From: an uncultured Bacteroidales bacterium
GTDB lineage: Bacteria > Bacteroidota > Bacteroidia > Bacteroidales > CAYTAU01
Length of the DNA: 64,000 nt
Reading direction: 5' to 3'
Assembly (NCBI GenBank): GCA_964435855.1
Contig: CAYTAU010000001.1
Coordinates: 6,633-70,632, forward strand
A model generated the notes under the pieces. It was not told the origin of the DNA and made no database searches. It was given only the letters and a program-made list of their open reading frames with translations. The position numbers were made by a program, and so were the translations under genes. This document shows positions 28,679 through 39,317 of the stretch, one piece after another (position 1 is the stretch's first letter; the number at the start of each line of letters is the position of its first letter).

Positions 28679-30634
28679 TTACTTAAGCAAAGTAATTTTT
28701 TGTGTTGAAATGCCCTGCTCTGTAATAAGTTTTACAATGTAATTACCATTAGATAAATTAGAAATATCAATTTTGCCGGTATTATTAATTTGCCCAACGG
28801 TTTTTACAATATCTCCCATAATATTATAAATATAAACATCTGCACCATCTGCATTACTAATATTTAACATACCGGTTGTTGGGTTTGGATACATTTTTAC
28901 ATTTTCTAATTTTGAAATTGTACCAACACTCTCCCAACAAGGTTCAAAGTTAGCTCGTAACATTATGCTTTTTGCATAATTTGAAAAACTTGTAAAATTA
29001 GTATCTGCTGCAATTTTCCAAAAAGTTGCTATTGGAGATTGTGGAGAATTACCATCTTCACCAATATAGAAATCTCCACCATTAAATGAATCTATTTCAA
29101 GAACTGCCAAATAAAATCCGGGGACTAAAAATTCTGAAAATCCATCCTTTATGAGGTTAAGAGTTACCCACTGTGCTGAATCTGTTGATTGAATATCATA
29201 ATAATCAGTAGTAAGAATTTCACTGAAAGAACCTGTTCCTGAATCATACATCCAAATTGCGCCCCTGATAGTTGGTGTTGTTCCTGTAAAAGTAGTTTGT
29301 GGATGAACATAAAATTCAAGTGCCATAATTTCACTTGGTGGAAAACATCCTGCTGTATCATTGTTTATATCAAAAGAAATACCAAACATATCACCATTAT
29401 TTCCTCCACTTACCCAGTTTGCCGGACTAACACTACCTGTTAAAATACCGCCATCACGTGCATAAACGTTATTTGTTACCTGAAAAGTACGGAATGCGGA
29501 ATCATTTGCAGGATTTTGGTCAACAGAATCCATTGAAAGATAATATGAAATATCATAAGCCCCAAATTCAGTAGCAGTAAATGCTGTTGGTAACCATGCA
29601 GAACCCGTATCCACACCAAGAGTAATTGTATCTCTTCCTAAACTTGCCAAACTTGGTACAGGATACTCTGCAAAACTATTCTCTGAATAATAAGGATATC
29701 CGTTATGTGTAATATCTACATTTAAAACTACATTTGTTGCAGCATTAGTACCATAATTATAAACTGCTGCTTCAAATGCTATTGGGACATACATACATTG
29801 CGATACTGGTATTTTTCCGTACCAACCATTGTCTAATGCAAAAACATGGGCATAATCTTTTTCTAAAATAATATCATTAGTATATCCTTCAAGAAATTCA
29901 ACATCATCTATCATCCAGTAATAATGGCTAAGTCCGCTAATACGAAATCTAACATTAACAGCTGCTTCGTTACCGGCAATATTAGAAATATTTATTTCAA
30001 TTTGATTAACTTCTGTTGGACCACAAGAATGGTCGGCTATTGAAGAATAAGTTGAACCTACTTCAAAAGAAGTCCAGGTAGTACCATCATTACTAATATC
30101 AGCATACAAATCTACTCCTGTATTATAAATACAACAGCATCTATATCTTTCTTGGAAAGTTAAAATAACAGTAGGTTGTCCTGTAAAATCGAGAGATTCA
30201 GTTTCAATATAAGAATTATGATCTACAGGACTAGGAACAATTACTCCTGTTGCTTGATCGGTATTATAGTTGTCTGACGGAAATAACATAAAACCATTTG
30301 CACCTGTTGTTGATGCTAAAGGAACAATTGGGTCATCCCAATTTGGATTTCCTGTATAAGCACCAATTGGACCAATGTCAGACCAAGTCCATACGTAATT
30401 ATTGCCTGTATTATCTGTAGTAGTCCAGCCTGCAGGTAAAGAACCGTTAAAATCGTAAGAGTAAATTACATCACCCGGAGCTTTTGTCTGTGGTGTTGGC
30501 TTGTTCTGATAAGTGTTAAGATTTTCTTTGTTAAGATTTCTTAGGCCTTTCTTAGTAGGGAAATTATTAAGTTGTTGAGCAAAAGTAAAACTAACTATTA
30601 AGGTCGCAGCTATAATAAAAGTAAAAAATTTCAT
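28679..30634 (-). CDS. Secreted protein with T9SS C-terminal sorting domain
   Basis: 651 aa with a signal peptide. The C-terminus is MYPNPTTGMLNI...GNYIVKLITEQGISTQKITLLK. Confidence 0.8.
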   Translation of the reverse strand: MKFFTFIIAATLIVSFTFAQQLNNFPTKKGLRNLNKENLNTYQNKPTPQTKAPGDVIYSYDFNGSLPAGWTTTDNTGNNYVWTWSDIGPIGAYTGNPNWDDPIVPLASTTGANGFMLFPSDNYNTDQATGVIVPSPVDHNSYIETESLDFTGQPTVILTFQERYRCCCIYNTGVDLYADISNDGTTWTSFEVGSTYSSIADHSCGPTEVNQIEINISNIAGNEAAVNVRFRISGLSHYYWMIDDVEFLEGYTNDIILEKDYAHVFALDNGWYGKIPVSQCMYVPIAFEAAVYNYGTNAATNVVLNVDITHNGYPYYSENSFAEYPVPSLASLGRDTITLGVDTGSAWLPTAFTATEFGAYDISYYLSMDSVDQNPANDSAFRTFQVTNNVYARDGGILTGSVSPANWVSGGNNGDMFGISFDINNDTAGCFPPSEIMALEFYVHPQTTFTGTTPTIRGAIWMYDSGTGSFSEILTTDYYDIQSTDSAQWVTLNLIKDGFSEFLVPGFYLAVLEIDSFNGGDFYIGEDGNSPQSPIATFWKIAADTNFTSFSNYAKSIMLRANFEPCWESVGTISKLENVKMYPNPTTGMLNISNADGADVYIYNIMGDIVKTVGQINNTGKIDISNLSNGNYIVKLITEQGISTQKITLLK

Positions 30635-30742
30635 AATATTTATTTTTAAGATTAATAAACAAAAAAATCTTAGTCCTCTATTTAATTCATTGATATATTA
30701 TTCTGCAAATTAATTAAGAATCTGCATAATAGATGCCAGCAG

Positions 30743-32665
30743 TTACTTTGTAAAAACCACCTTTTTTAAATAAGATTTATTATCTAAGGTAATTTTAAGG
30801 TAATAAACTCCATTAGAGATATTATTTGCATTAAAAGATATGGAGTGCTTACCATTTGTTTGTTTTTCATTAATTAATCGTTCAATTGTTTTTCCGTTTT
30901 CATCAAACATTAAAATATTAACAAAACTATAATTATCAAGTTCGTATTCAATATTTAACTTATCGGTAAAAGGGTTGGGAAAAATATTTACAGTAAATTG
31001 TTCATTGACATTAATAATACCTGAATTATCAGCTATATGTATTAATGTATCAACAATAAAATCAAGGTCTGTGATTGATAATTCTGTTGCTGTAATTTCC
31101 AAATTACTATAGGTTGTAAGCATAGGAAAACCCGGGATATCAACAAATATTTTAAATAATAAGCCTTCCGGTATTCCATCAACAATATAATCGCCCAAGG
31201 AATCAGTTTCAGTATTGAGTACCGGTTCATCATTTGGTTCTTGTTCTATATATACTTCAGCACCTGGCACAGGTTCGCCTGCTGATTTATTGTTACCGTC
31301 ATCATATGAAATATTTCCGGAAAAAATACCATTACCGGTTCCAATATCAATTGGGAAAAATGCCATATTTAAAATTATATTTTGCCAATCGCATTCAAAT
31401 AAGCTTACAATAGACGCTTCTTCCCAATTGTAAGTTGTGATTGTATCATTTGTATAATATGAATTAATCATATCAAGATGTGCTGTTCCGGGTTTTACAA
31501 CAGCTTTTATATAATAATTACCCGGCTCTATATTTTCAAACATAAAAGTTGTTTGCATAAAAGTATCAATTACAGCAAATAAAGAATCAGAACCATTTGC
31601 AGCAGGGTAAGTAGGAGAGTACAACTCCAAAGTAACATCATGATAATCTAACATGCTTCCTTCATAATTTACATAAACTTGCAAACTTGCTTTTACATCC
31701 AATTTTGCAACACCCATACTTGTAGCAAACCAAATATTACCGTCAAGGTCAATTTCAATATCATAAACAAGGTCGCTGGGAAGTCCGTTAGAAGTATTAT
31801 ATGTTGTCCATGTTGTTCCATCATATTTATGTGCGCCGAGATATGTTCCAAACCAAATATTTCCGTTCATATCAAATTCTACACAATTAATATAATCATT
31901 TAAAGGGCTATTACTATAATCAAATATTTCAACATTAGTACCATCAAATTTTATAACATTATTCATAGATGTCAAAATCCATATATTGCCATCCATATCA
32001 GCCTCAATTTTGTTAATATATATTAAGGGAATTGTATCTGCAAACTTATATGTTATCCAATTTGTACCGGTAAATTTTGTAATTCCTGTATCGGAATATT
32101 CTCCTGAAGCAAACCATACATTATCATAAGCATCAATTGTAATATCAATAATATTGTTGCTAACCAAGCCACTATCTTGTGTAAATGTATACCAGATATT
32201 ATTACCGTTAAAATAAGTAACTCCATCTGATTTTGCAGCCGGATCTGCACTAAACCAAATGCCTCCATAGTTGTCGGACTCAACATCAACAATTTCATCT
32301 CCCAAAAGAGAGCTGTTTAGCGAATTATAAACAGTCCATGCTGTATCAAACCTATATACACCATTATAAGTTCCTGCCCAAATATTACCATTATTATCTA
32401 CTTCAAGCATAGGGATAGAGTATTCATATAAACCTGTAGAAGCATTATGTAATTGCCAATTTAAAAACCCATCATATACTGCAATACCATAATCCGTAGC
32501 CATCCATAAATTACCATCATGGTCAACTTCAATATCATTTACATAATTGTTGGGCAAACCACTATTACCCATATCATATAATGTCCAATCACATTGACTT
32601 TGCACATTTACAGAGAACAAAAAAGTGATTGTTAGGGGCAATATAATTTTCAAGTATAATTTCAT
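30743..32665 (-). CDS. Beta-propeller (two-component-regulator-propeller-type repeats) secreted protein with T9SS C-terminal sorting domain
   Basis: 640 aa. It has repeated D..GN(I/L)W(F/M)(A/G)T blades, a carboxypeptidase-regulatory-like middle region, and the C-terminus IFPNPFTDKLNI...GVYYLKITL. Confidence 0.8.
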   Translation of the reverse strand: MKLYLKIILPLTITFLFSVNVQSQCDWTLYDMGNSGLPNNYVNDIEVDHDGNLWMATDYGIAVYDGFLNWQLHNASTGLYEYSIPMLEVDNNGNIWAGTYNGVYRFDTAWTVYNSLNSSLLGDEIVDVESDNYGGIWFSADPAAKSDGVTYFNGNNIWYTFTQDSGLVSNNIIDITIDAYDNVWFASGEYSDTGITKFTGTNWITYKFADTIPLIYINKIEADMDGNIWILTSMNNVIKFDGTNVEIFDYSNSPLNDYINCVEFDMNGNIWFGTYLGAHKYDGTTWTTYNTSNGLPSDLVYDIEIDLDGNIWFATSMGVAKLDVKASLQVYVNYEGSMLDYHDVTLELYSPTYPAANGSDSLFAVIDTFMQTTFMFENIEPGNYYIKAVVKPGTAHLDMINSYYTNDTITTYNWEEASIVSLFECDWQNIILNMAFFPIDIGTGNGIFSGNISYDDGNNKSAGEPVPGAEVYIEQEPNDEPVLNTETDSLGDYIVDGIPEGLLFKIFVDIPGFPMLTTYSNLEITATELSITDLDFIVDTLIHIADNSGIINVNEQFTVNIFPNPFTDKLNIEYELDNYSFVNILMFDENGKTIERLINEKQTNGKHSISFNANNISNGVYYLKITLDNKSYLKKVVFTK

Positions 32666-32799
32666 AATTTATAATATTTTTATACATCCTGTTTTATATA
32701 GACTACAAAAACAACAAAAAGGTTGTATGCGGTGAATAAAATAATTATTTATTTTTACGTAAATTTTTTATAAAATGTTTTATAAATTTATGAAGATAT

Positions 32800-32823
32800 A
32801 AAAAACCCCCGAAATCGGGGTTT
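32800..32823 (-). terminator. Rho-independent terminator of rpmE2
   Basis: On the - strand: aaaccccgatttcgggggttttttatat. It has a 5-bp GC stem, a 4-nt loop and a T-run, and begins 5 nt after the stop codon. Confidence 0.7.
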
Positions 32824-32827
32824 AAAT

Positions 32828-33091
32828 TTATTTTTTATTTTTATCCATATGTTTTTGATACCTGTTGCGGAATTTATCAACACGCCCTGCGGTATCTACA
32901 AATTTCATTTTACCTGTATAAAATGGGTGGCTTGTATTTGAAATCTCTAATTTAAAAAGTGGATACTCTGTACCATCAATTTTTATTGTATCTTTTGTAT
33001 TTACAGTTGACTTTGTTATAAAAGTATACTCATTTGACATGTCTTTAAAAGCTACAAGTCTATATTTATCGGGATGTATTCCTTTTTTCAT
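32828..33091 (-). CDS. rpmE2: 50S ribosomal protein L31 type B
   Basis: 87 aa starting MKKGIHPDKY with ...HPFYTGK. The CxxC zinc ribbon is lacking, so it is type B. Confidence 0.9.
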   Translation of the reverse strand: MKKGIHPDKYRLVAFKDMSNEYTFITKSTVNTKDTIKIDGTEYPLFKLEISNTSHPFYTGKMKFVDTAGRVDKFRNRYQKHMDKNKK

Positions 33092-33127
33092 CGTTCAATT
33101 CTTTAATATATTTATTCTAACGGGCTG

Positions 33128-33135
33128 CAAAATTA
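33128..33135 (-). promoter_or_regulatory. Candidate -7 box TAATTTTG for rpmE2
   Basis: The - strand reads TAATTTTG, which fits TAnnTTTG. It lies about 37 nt upstream of the ATG at 33091. Confidence 0.3.
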
Positions 33136-33186
33136 TATACTTTTAAGCAAAATACAAAATTATTTTTCTAAACTTAAACATTTTTT

Positions 33187-34365
33187 TTATGTTCGTTTCA
33201 TTTTATCGCTTGTTTCATTTGTAAATCTCTTAAACTCAGCATTTCTGTCAAATAAGTATCTATATGTGGCATGTTTTTTCACTATAGGAATTCCTAAAGT
33301 TGAATATATTTTATTAACAGAAACATTATAATCACCCACCCATGACATTTCCAATTCTTTATAACCATTCTCTATTAATGCATCAATCATTTTCATAAAC
33401 AATGCTCCAATAATATATGTTCTTTGTTGGCTGGGAACTACACCTGTCATAAACAATCGTGCTCTATCAATTTTCTTTTTATTTATAACAAATTTTATTT
33501 TATTTATTAAATTAAGTTTCCCATTTAATTTTTTAAGCACCTGATTTACATCCGGCAATAACATAACCATTGAAACCGGCTTACCATGTGCATATGCATA
33601 AAGGATAATCTTTTCATCAATAATAGGTTTTGCATCATCAAAGACTTTCTTAATATCATTATAATCCATAGGAACATAATCTTCATGAAAATCCGCCCAC
33701 ACTTCATTAAATATATAAGTCAAATCTTCTATATATTTTTTGCTTTTTTCAAATGTAAAATGTTCAAATGAGTAACCTTCTTTTGTTCCAACATGTCTTG
33801 AAAATTTTTCCAGCCTTTCTGGAAAAGGTTCTGATAAGTCTTTATGATACGTGTATTGTTGAAAATATTCTTGAAATCCATAATCTTCAAAAAGGTCTTT
33901 GTAATATGGAAAATTGTATTGCATTCCATAACCTTGATGCATAAATCCTTCTATTAACAGTCCCCAATTTGTAATATTCTCTCCGAAGTTTATCGGACCG
34001 TCCATAGCTTCTATATTTTTATCTTTCAACCATTTTTGAGCTGTGTCAAAAAGAAGGGCAGATGCTTTTTTATCATTAATACACTCGTAAAAGCCTATTC
34101 CACCAGTTGGTTGTTTATTATTAATATTCATTTTATTTTTATCATAAAATGCAGAAATTCTTCCGATTAATTCATTACTGTCACTTTTTAATATCCACCT
34201 TATTGCTTCGCCATGATTAAAACATTTATTATTTTGCGGATTAAATATTCCTTCAATTTCTTCATCTAAAGGGCATGTCCAATTTTTGTCATTTTTATAT
34301 AATAATTTCGGGACTTTTAAAAATTCTGTAATTGTACTTTTTTCTTTTACTTCTATGATATTCAT
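33187..34365 (-). CDS. Hypothetical protein, possibly acyl-CoA N-acyltransferase (GNAT)-fold
   Basis: 392 aa and soluble. It lies 6 nt downstream of the PLP enzyme gene. The fold assignment is a weak recollection, not motif-proven. Confidence 0.5.
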   Translation of the reverse strand: MNIIEVKEKSTITEFLKVPKLLYKNDKNWTCPLDEEIEGIFNPQNNKCFNHGEAIRWILKSDSNELIGRISAFYDKNKMNINNKQPTGGIGFYECINDKKASALLFDTAQKWLKDKNIEAMDGPINFGENITNWGLLIEGFMHQGYGMQYNFPYYKDLFEDYGFQEYFQQYTYHKDLSEPFPERLEKFSRHVGTKEGYSFEHFTFEKSKKYIEDLTYIFNEVWADFHEDYVPMDYNDIKKVFDDAKPIIDEKIILYAYAHGKPVSMVMLLPDVNQVLKKLNGKLNLINKIKFVINKKKIDRARLFMTGVVPSQQRTYIIGALFMKMIDALIENGYKELEMSWVGDYNVSVNKIYSTLGIPIVKKHATYRYLFDRNAEFKRFTNETSDKMKRT

Positions 34366-34371
34366 AATAAT

Positions 34372-35841
34372 TTATAATTTAAACCAATTTTCTATTTTAA
34401 TATCAGACTTATAACTTACATGTTGAAATTCATTTGTTGATTGACAATATTTATAATCTTTTTCCCATGTTTTATAATTTTTCATAATTTCGTTAATAGC
34501 ATTAATTATGCTATCAATATCATTGTCTGTCATTGTAGGGTGTAACGATAAACGAACCCATCCCGGTTTCTCAGACAAATTACCGGAATTAATTTGGTTT
34601 GTTATTTTTTTGGAATATTCTCTATCTATATCTAACAAAAAATGCCCATAAGTACCGGCACATACACATCCGCCCCTAACCTGAATACCAAATCTATCGC
34701 TTAATAACTTTACAAATAAGTTATAATGAATATCATCAGCATAAAATGATACAACTCCAATTCTATCTTTAATATTGTCAGCAAATATATTAATCCTATT
34801 AATGTTCTTTAATCCGAGAAACAATTTTTCAACTAATTCATGTTCTCTTGCAAGTATTTTTTCAACACTCATAGAATTTTTCAACTCTAATACCAACGCA
34901 ATACGTATTGCTTGTAAAAATCCCGGTGTTCCACCGTCCTCACGTACTTCAATATCATCAAAATATTTGTATTCACCCCAAGGATTTGTCCAGTCAACAG
35001 TTCCTCCACCAGGATTATCTGGAACAGATTGCTTATACATCGATTTATCAAAAATCAAAACACCTGAAGAACCAGGACCTCCCAAAAATTTATGTGGAGA
35101 AAACATTATTGCGTCTATCTTTTCCATTGAATCTTCAGGGTGCATATCAATATCGACATATGGAGCAGAAGCTGCAAAATCAACAAAACACAAACCGCCA
35201 TATTCATGCATCAATTTTGCAAGTTTATAATATTGTGTTTTAATACCAGTAACATTGGAACATGCTGTAAATGAGCCTATTTTAAATTCCCTATTTTTGT
35301 ATTTTTCAAGTTTCTTTTTTAGATCATTTATATCTACAAGCAATTCATCGTCAGGTTTTATTATTTCAACATCAACATGTGTTTCATACCACGATGTATG
35401 ATTTGAATGATGTTCCATGTGTGTTATAAAAACAACAGGACGTTCTCTTTTTTGAATACATTCGGTTTTATATAACTCTCCACAAGTCTTTAAGCCAAGT
35501 ATTCTTTGAAATTTATTTATTACTGCTGTTAGTCCAAAGCCAGCCGTAATAATTACATCATCAGGTCCTGCATTTACATGTTTTTTAATTAGTTGATGAG
35601 CTAATTTGTATGCTTTGGTCATTCTTGTTCCTGTCTCACTTGCTTCAGTATGAGTATTTGCAACATAAGGTCCAAATTCATTCTTTATTTTGTCTTCAAT
35701 TGGCCCATATAACCTACCTCCTGCAATCCAATCTGCATAAATAATTTTTTGCTTTCCATAAGGAGAATTATAAGTGGCATTATACCCAACTATATTTTTC
35801 CTAAACGGTTCGAAATATTTCTCTAGTTCTCTTTTTTCCAT
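34372..35841 (-). CDS. Aminotransferase class V-fold PLP-dependent enzyme (cysteine-desulfurase-like)
   Basis: 489 aa. It has NTHTEASETG, DAIMFSPHKFLGGPGSSGVL (the PLP lysine motif S-x-H-K) and a class V layout. Confidence 0.8.
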   Translation of the reverse strand: MEKRELEKYFEPFRKNIVGYNATYNSPYGKQKIIYADWIAGGRLYGPIEDKIKNEFGPYVANTHTEASETGTRMTKAYKLAHQLIKKHVNAGPDDVIITAGFGLTAVINKFQRILGLKTCGELYKTECIQKRERPVVFITHMEHHSNHTSWYETHVDVEIIKPDDELLVDINDLKKKLEKYKNREFKIGSFTACSNVTGIKTQYYKLAKLMHEYGGLCFVDFAASAPYVDIDMHPEDSMEKIDAIMFSPHKFLGGPGSSGVLIFDKSMYKQSVPDNPGGGTVDWTNPWGEYKYFDDIEVREDGGTPGFLQAIRIALVLELKNSMSVEKILAREHELVEKLFLGLKNINRINIFADNIKDRIGVVSFYADDIHYNLFVKLLSDRFGIQVRGGCVCAGTYGHFLLDIDREYSKKITNQINSGNLSEKPGWVRLSLHPTMTDNDIDSIINAINEIMKNYKTWEKDYKYCQSTNEFQHVSYKSDIKIENWFKL

Positions 35842-35870
35842 AATTTACAATAATCTTATGAAACCTTTTT

Positions 35871-36054
35871 AAATCCAAATTGAGCGATTTGTTATCACAA
35901 AATCTCTCAATTGACTTAATAATTGTACGGATTTCGTCAATTTTCTTTTCACTCAATTGATGAAATCCAACAATATTTACACAGGATTTATTCCTAAATA
36001 AAGCTATTGTTCACCCAAATAGCTATTGTAGTTTCAATCGCTCAACTTAGATTT
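35871..36054. repeat. ~185-nt nested palindromic element
   Basis: Outer arms are aaatccaaattgagcgatttg and its near reverse complement gtttcaatcgctcaacttagattt, with 2 mismatches in about 19. The inner hairpin is ggatttcgtcaatt...caattgatgaaatcc. agctattgt is also duplicated directly. Confidence 0.6.
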
Positions 36055-36119
36055 AATTAAACCTTCAAAAATACATTATTTTATTATTTATTCTGTATGT
36101 TAAAAAATAAAAATAAAAT

Positions 36120-37457
36120 TTAGTAATGCAAAATATTAAACTCAATTATCAAATATATAAAAACTGTTATCAGGGAATAAAAAATATGCCATGGAATTGG
36201 AATATATTTTGAAGGTTTTATTTTTAAATATTTATAATTAAAAATTATCAATATTAATTTTTCAATAAAAAATGCTATTACAGTAGCAATTGCTACTCCA
36301 ATAATCTCAAAATATTTAATTAATATTAAACTCAACACAACATTAATAACCAACTCAATAACCGTTACAAACAAAATAAATTTCGTCTTTTTTAATCCTA
36401 TTAAAATTGTCTGAGGAAACACCAACCGGCTAACAATTAAAAGCAAATAGACATTAAAAACACCTGCACTTTCAGAAAAATTACTATTAAAAATAATCGG
36501 ATAAAAATAATTGCTTGTTAATATTAGCAATATTGTAATTGGGAATAAAAAATGCATTAAGCGTTTAGATTTACTTTTAATTGTTAATAATGCCTGTTTT
36601 AGGTTATTGGTTTTTGAAAATACCGGCAACATTGCATTACTAAATGCATTTGCTAAAAGAACAACTATTGGTAATTCTCTGGCCCCGTATCTAAAAACAG
36701 CAAACACAGTTTCATCATATCTGTTTGAAATAATAATTCCATCAATATATTGTGCCGAACCGCTTAAAAATACACTAAGAACCAAAGGTAATCCAATACT
36801 AATATGTTCTTTTATATATGTGAAAGAAAATTTAAAACTTGAATATTTAAGTACTAAAATAAATAACCAAATAAGTCTTACTATTGAAATTCCTATTAAT
36901 CCTAATAAACATACCTCTATTCCATAACCTAACAAAGGTGGAAATCCAACTATTAAAAATTGAACAAAAAAAGTTAAACCTCCATATATTATTATCTTTT
37001 TCGGTTTATTCTTTACCAAGTATATATATTCGATTAAAAACCCTAGATTACTCAATAATATATACCATAATAAATAATTTACATACGGGATATTTTCGTT
37101 TTGCACAAATACTTTAGCAATGTAATTTTTGAAAAAGAATACAAACAAAAAGGCACATATACTGAAAAATAGGAATATTAAAGAAGTATTAAATATCTCC
37201 GGAGATTTTTCAGTTTTATTTTCTTTAAATGTATTGTTATTATTAAATAATGAGATAAAAGATTGTAGAAAACCTGAAACCCAAAAAAAACTCACGCCGC
37301 CTGCAATAAATACTAAAGTTTCATAGGTTCCAATATCTTTTGGCGACAAATTACTCTTTGCAAATAAAATTCCTATTAAAAATAATGTTCCAAATCTAAG
37401 TAATTGAAAAAACTGTAGCCCTGAAATATTATTTACATGTTTATTAATATACTTCAC
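36120..37457 (-). CDS. Polysaccharide/oligosaccharide flippase (Wzx/MOP superfamily)
   Basis: 445 aa with 12 or more TM segments in a MOP-type layout. Confidence 0.7.
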   Translation of the reverse strand: MKYINKHVNNISGLQFFQLLRFGTLFLIGILFAKSNLSPKDIGTYETLVFIAGGVSFFWVSGFLQSFISLFNNNNTFKENKTEKSPEIFNTSLIFLFFSICAFLFVFFFKNYIAKVFVQNENIPYVNYLLWYILLSNLGFLIEYIYLVKNKPKKIIIYGGLTFFVQFLIVGFPPLLGYGIEVCLLGLIGISIVRLIWLFILVLKYSSFKFSFTYIKEHISIGLPLVLSVFLSGSAQYIDGIIISNRYDETVFAVFRYGARELPIVVLLANAFSNAMLPVFSKTNNLKQALLTIKSKSKRLMHFLFPITILLILTSNYFYPIIFNSNFSESAGVFNVYLLLIVSRLVFPQTILIGLKKTKFILFVTVIELVINVVLSLILIKYFEIIGVAIATVIAFFIEKLILIIFNYKYLKIKPSKYIPIPWHIFYSLITVFIYLIIEFNILHY

Positions 37458-37513
37458 TTGGTTATAATTTGTGTTTTATTTAATAATTGAAATTTAAAAT
37501 TAGATTTTAAACG

Positions 37514-37614
37514 GTCATTAATCGTCATTAAGTCATTCATTGTCATCCATTGGTTAAAACAATATAATGACGTGAAACAAATGACACGAAGTTAATGATG
37601 CTAAGCATAATGAC
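37514..37614. repeat. Array of four GTCATT words followed by four inverted AATGAC words
   Basis: GTCATT/GTCATC occur at 37514, 37524, 37532 and 37542. AATGAC/AATGAT occur at 37566, 37580, 37594 and 37609. Spacings are 8-10 nt and 14-15 nt. Confidence 0.6.
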
Positions 37615-37814
37615 AAATAATAAAACGCAATTTATGCCAGAGAACAGTATAAATCTCATACATCAATGTATATTAATGCTTTTGGCAAATATTCAATTAT
37701 TTTTTTATTATTTGCAAATTTTTATAATTTTTATTAAACAAGAGATATTAATTAAATCAAATTAAAAACTGTCAAATAACATATAATTAATAACGAAAAT
37801 ACATTAAAAAAATA

Positions 37815-37822
37815 TACATTTG
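37815..37822 (+). promoter_or_regulatory. Candidate -7 box TACATTTG upstream of nqrA
   Basis: It matches TAnnTTTG and ends 28 nt before the ATG at 37851. No clear -33 TTTG was seen. Confidence 0.3.
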
Positions 37823-37850
37823 TTGCCAATAATTATTTATTATTTTAAAT

Positions 37851-39203
37851 ATGTCAAAAATAATTAAATTAAGGAAAGGTCTTAATATCAAATTAAAAGG
37901 CGAAGCTGAAAAAATATTTGGCAAAACCATTTTTCCAAAGCAAATCGCAATTAAACCTACTGATTTTCATGGAATTACATCGAAACTAACGGTAAAAGTT
38001 GAAGATGAAGTAAAAGCAGGAACAAGATTGTTTTTTGATAAAAATAATCCTGAAATTGCATTTACATCTCCGGTAAGTGGTAAAATATCGGCTATTAACA
38101 GAGGTGAAAGAAGAAAGTTGCTTGAAATTGTTGTTAATGCTGATGAAAAAAATGAATATGAAAACTTCACGAAAGAAGACCCTAATAAACTTTCAAAAGA
38201 AGATATTTCTGAAAATATTGCAAAAAGTGGAATATGGCCTTTTATAAAACAAAGACCATATAATATAATCGCAAATCCACAAGATGAACCAAAAGCAATA
38301 TTCATATCAGGGTTTAGTAGTGCTCCATTAGCTCCGGATTCTTCGTTTTTATTTGAAGGTGAAGAAAAAAACTTCCAAACCGGCATTAATGCTCTTTCAA
38401 AATTAACTAGTGGCAAGATTCACCTTACTGTTAATGGAAAAGAAGAAGTACCGTCAATTTTTGCAAATACAAAAGGAGTTCAATTAAATAAAATTTCAGG
38501 ACCTCATCCTGCAGGAAATGTTGGTGTGCAAATTCATCATATTGACCCAATTAATAAAGATGAAATTGCATGGACAATAGACCCTTATGGAGTAATATTA
38601 ATTGGAAGATTATTTGAAAAAGGAATTTTTGATGCTTCACGTATTATAGCCTTTACCGGTTCAGAAGTTATTGAGCCGAAGTATTACAAAACAGTTTTAG
38701 GAGCTAATCTTTTTTCAATATCTGAAAATAATGTTGGTAGTGAAAATGTAAGATATATTAGTGGTGATGTATTTACCGGAACAAAAATTGAAGAAAATGG
38801 GTTTTTATCATTTTACGGTAATCAAATTACAGTTATTCCTGAAGGTGATCATTATGAGTTTTTAGGTTGGGCATTGCCAGGGCTTAAAAAACTTAGTGTA
38901 TCCAGAACTTTCATTTCATGGTTAAGACCAAATAAAAAATACAAATTACATACTAACCTTTTTGGAGGAGAAAGAGCATTTGTATTTACAGGTCAATATG
39001 AAAAAGTTTTCCCAATGGATATCTTACCTATTAATTTATTAAAAGCAATTATAGTAGAAGATATTGACAACATGGAAGATCTTGGAATTTACGAAGTTGC
39101 TCCAGAAGATTTTGCATTATGCGAATTTGTATGTACATCAAAAATAAATTCACAATCAATAGTTCAGAAAGGTATTGATTTAATGATTAAAGAATTAGGT
39201 TAA
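37851..39203 (+). CDS. nqrA: Na+-translocating NADH:quinone reductase subunit A
   Basis: 450 aa starting MSKIIKLRKGLNIKLKGEAEK. It is the first gene of a six-gene nqr operon. Confidence 0.95.
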   Translation: MSKIIKLRKGLNIKLKGEAEKIFGKTIFPKQIAIKPTDFHGITSKLTVKVEDEVKAGTRLFFDKNNPEIAFTSPVSGKISAINRGERRKLLEIVVNADEKNEYENFTKEDPNKLSKEDISENIAKSGIWPFIKQRPYNIIANPQDEPKAIFISGFSSAPLAPDSSFLFEGEEKNFQTGINALSKLTSGKIHLTVNGKEEVPSIFANTKGVQLNKISGPHPAGNVGVQIHHIDPINKDEIAWTIDPYGVILIGRLFEKGIFDASRIIAFTGSEVIEPKYYKTVLGANLFSISENNVGSENVRYISGDVFTGTKIEENGFLSFYGNQITVIPEGDHYEFLGWALPGLKKLSVSRTFISWLRPNKKYKLHTNLFGGERAFVFTGQYEKVFPMDILPINLLKAIIVEDIDNMEDLGIYEVAPEDFALCEFVCTSKINSQSIVQKGIDLMIKELG

Positions 39204-39226
39204 AAATCATATAATAAAAATAATAT

Positions 39227-39297
39227 ATGAAACGAGCCATGTCAACAAGCTTGGTATACAGAGGAATGATTATAATGGGGAGTTACATATGGCAATT
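39227..39297 (+). repeat. 71-nt intergenic element, copy 2 (ATGAAACGAGCCATGTCAA...TGGCAATT)
   Basis: It lies inside the nqrA-nqrB spacer and ends 21 nt upstream of the nqrB ATG. Ungapped identity to 18267..18337 (reverse complement) is 58/71. Confidence 0.8.
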
Positions 39298-39317
39298 AAA
39301 AAACAAATTATTAACAT

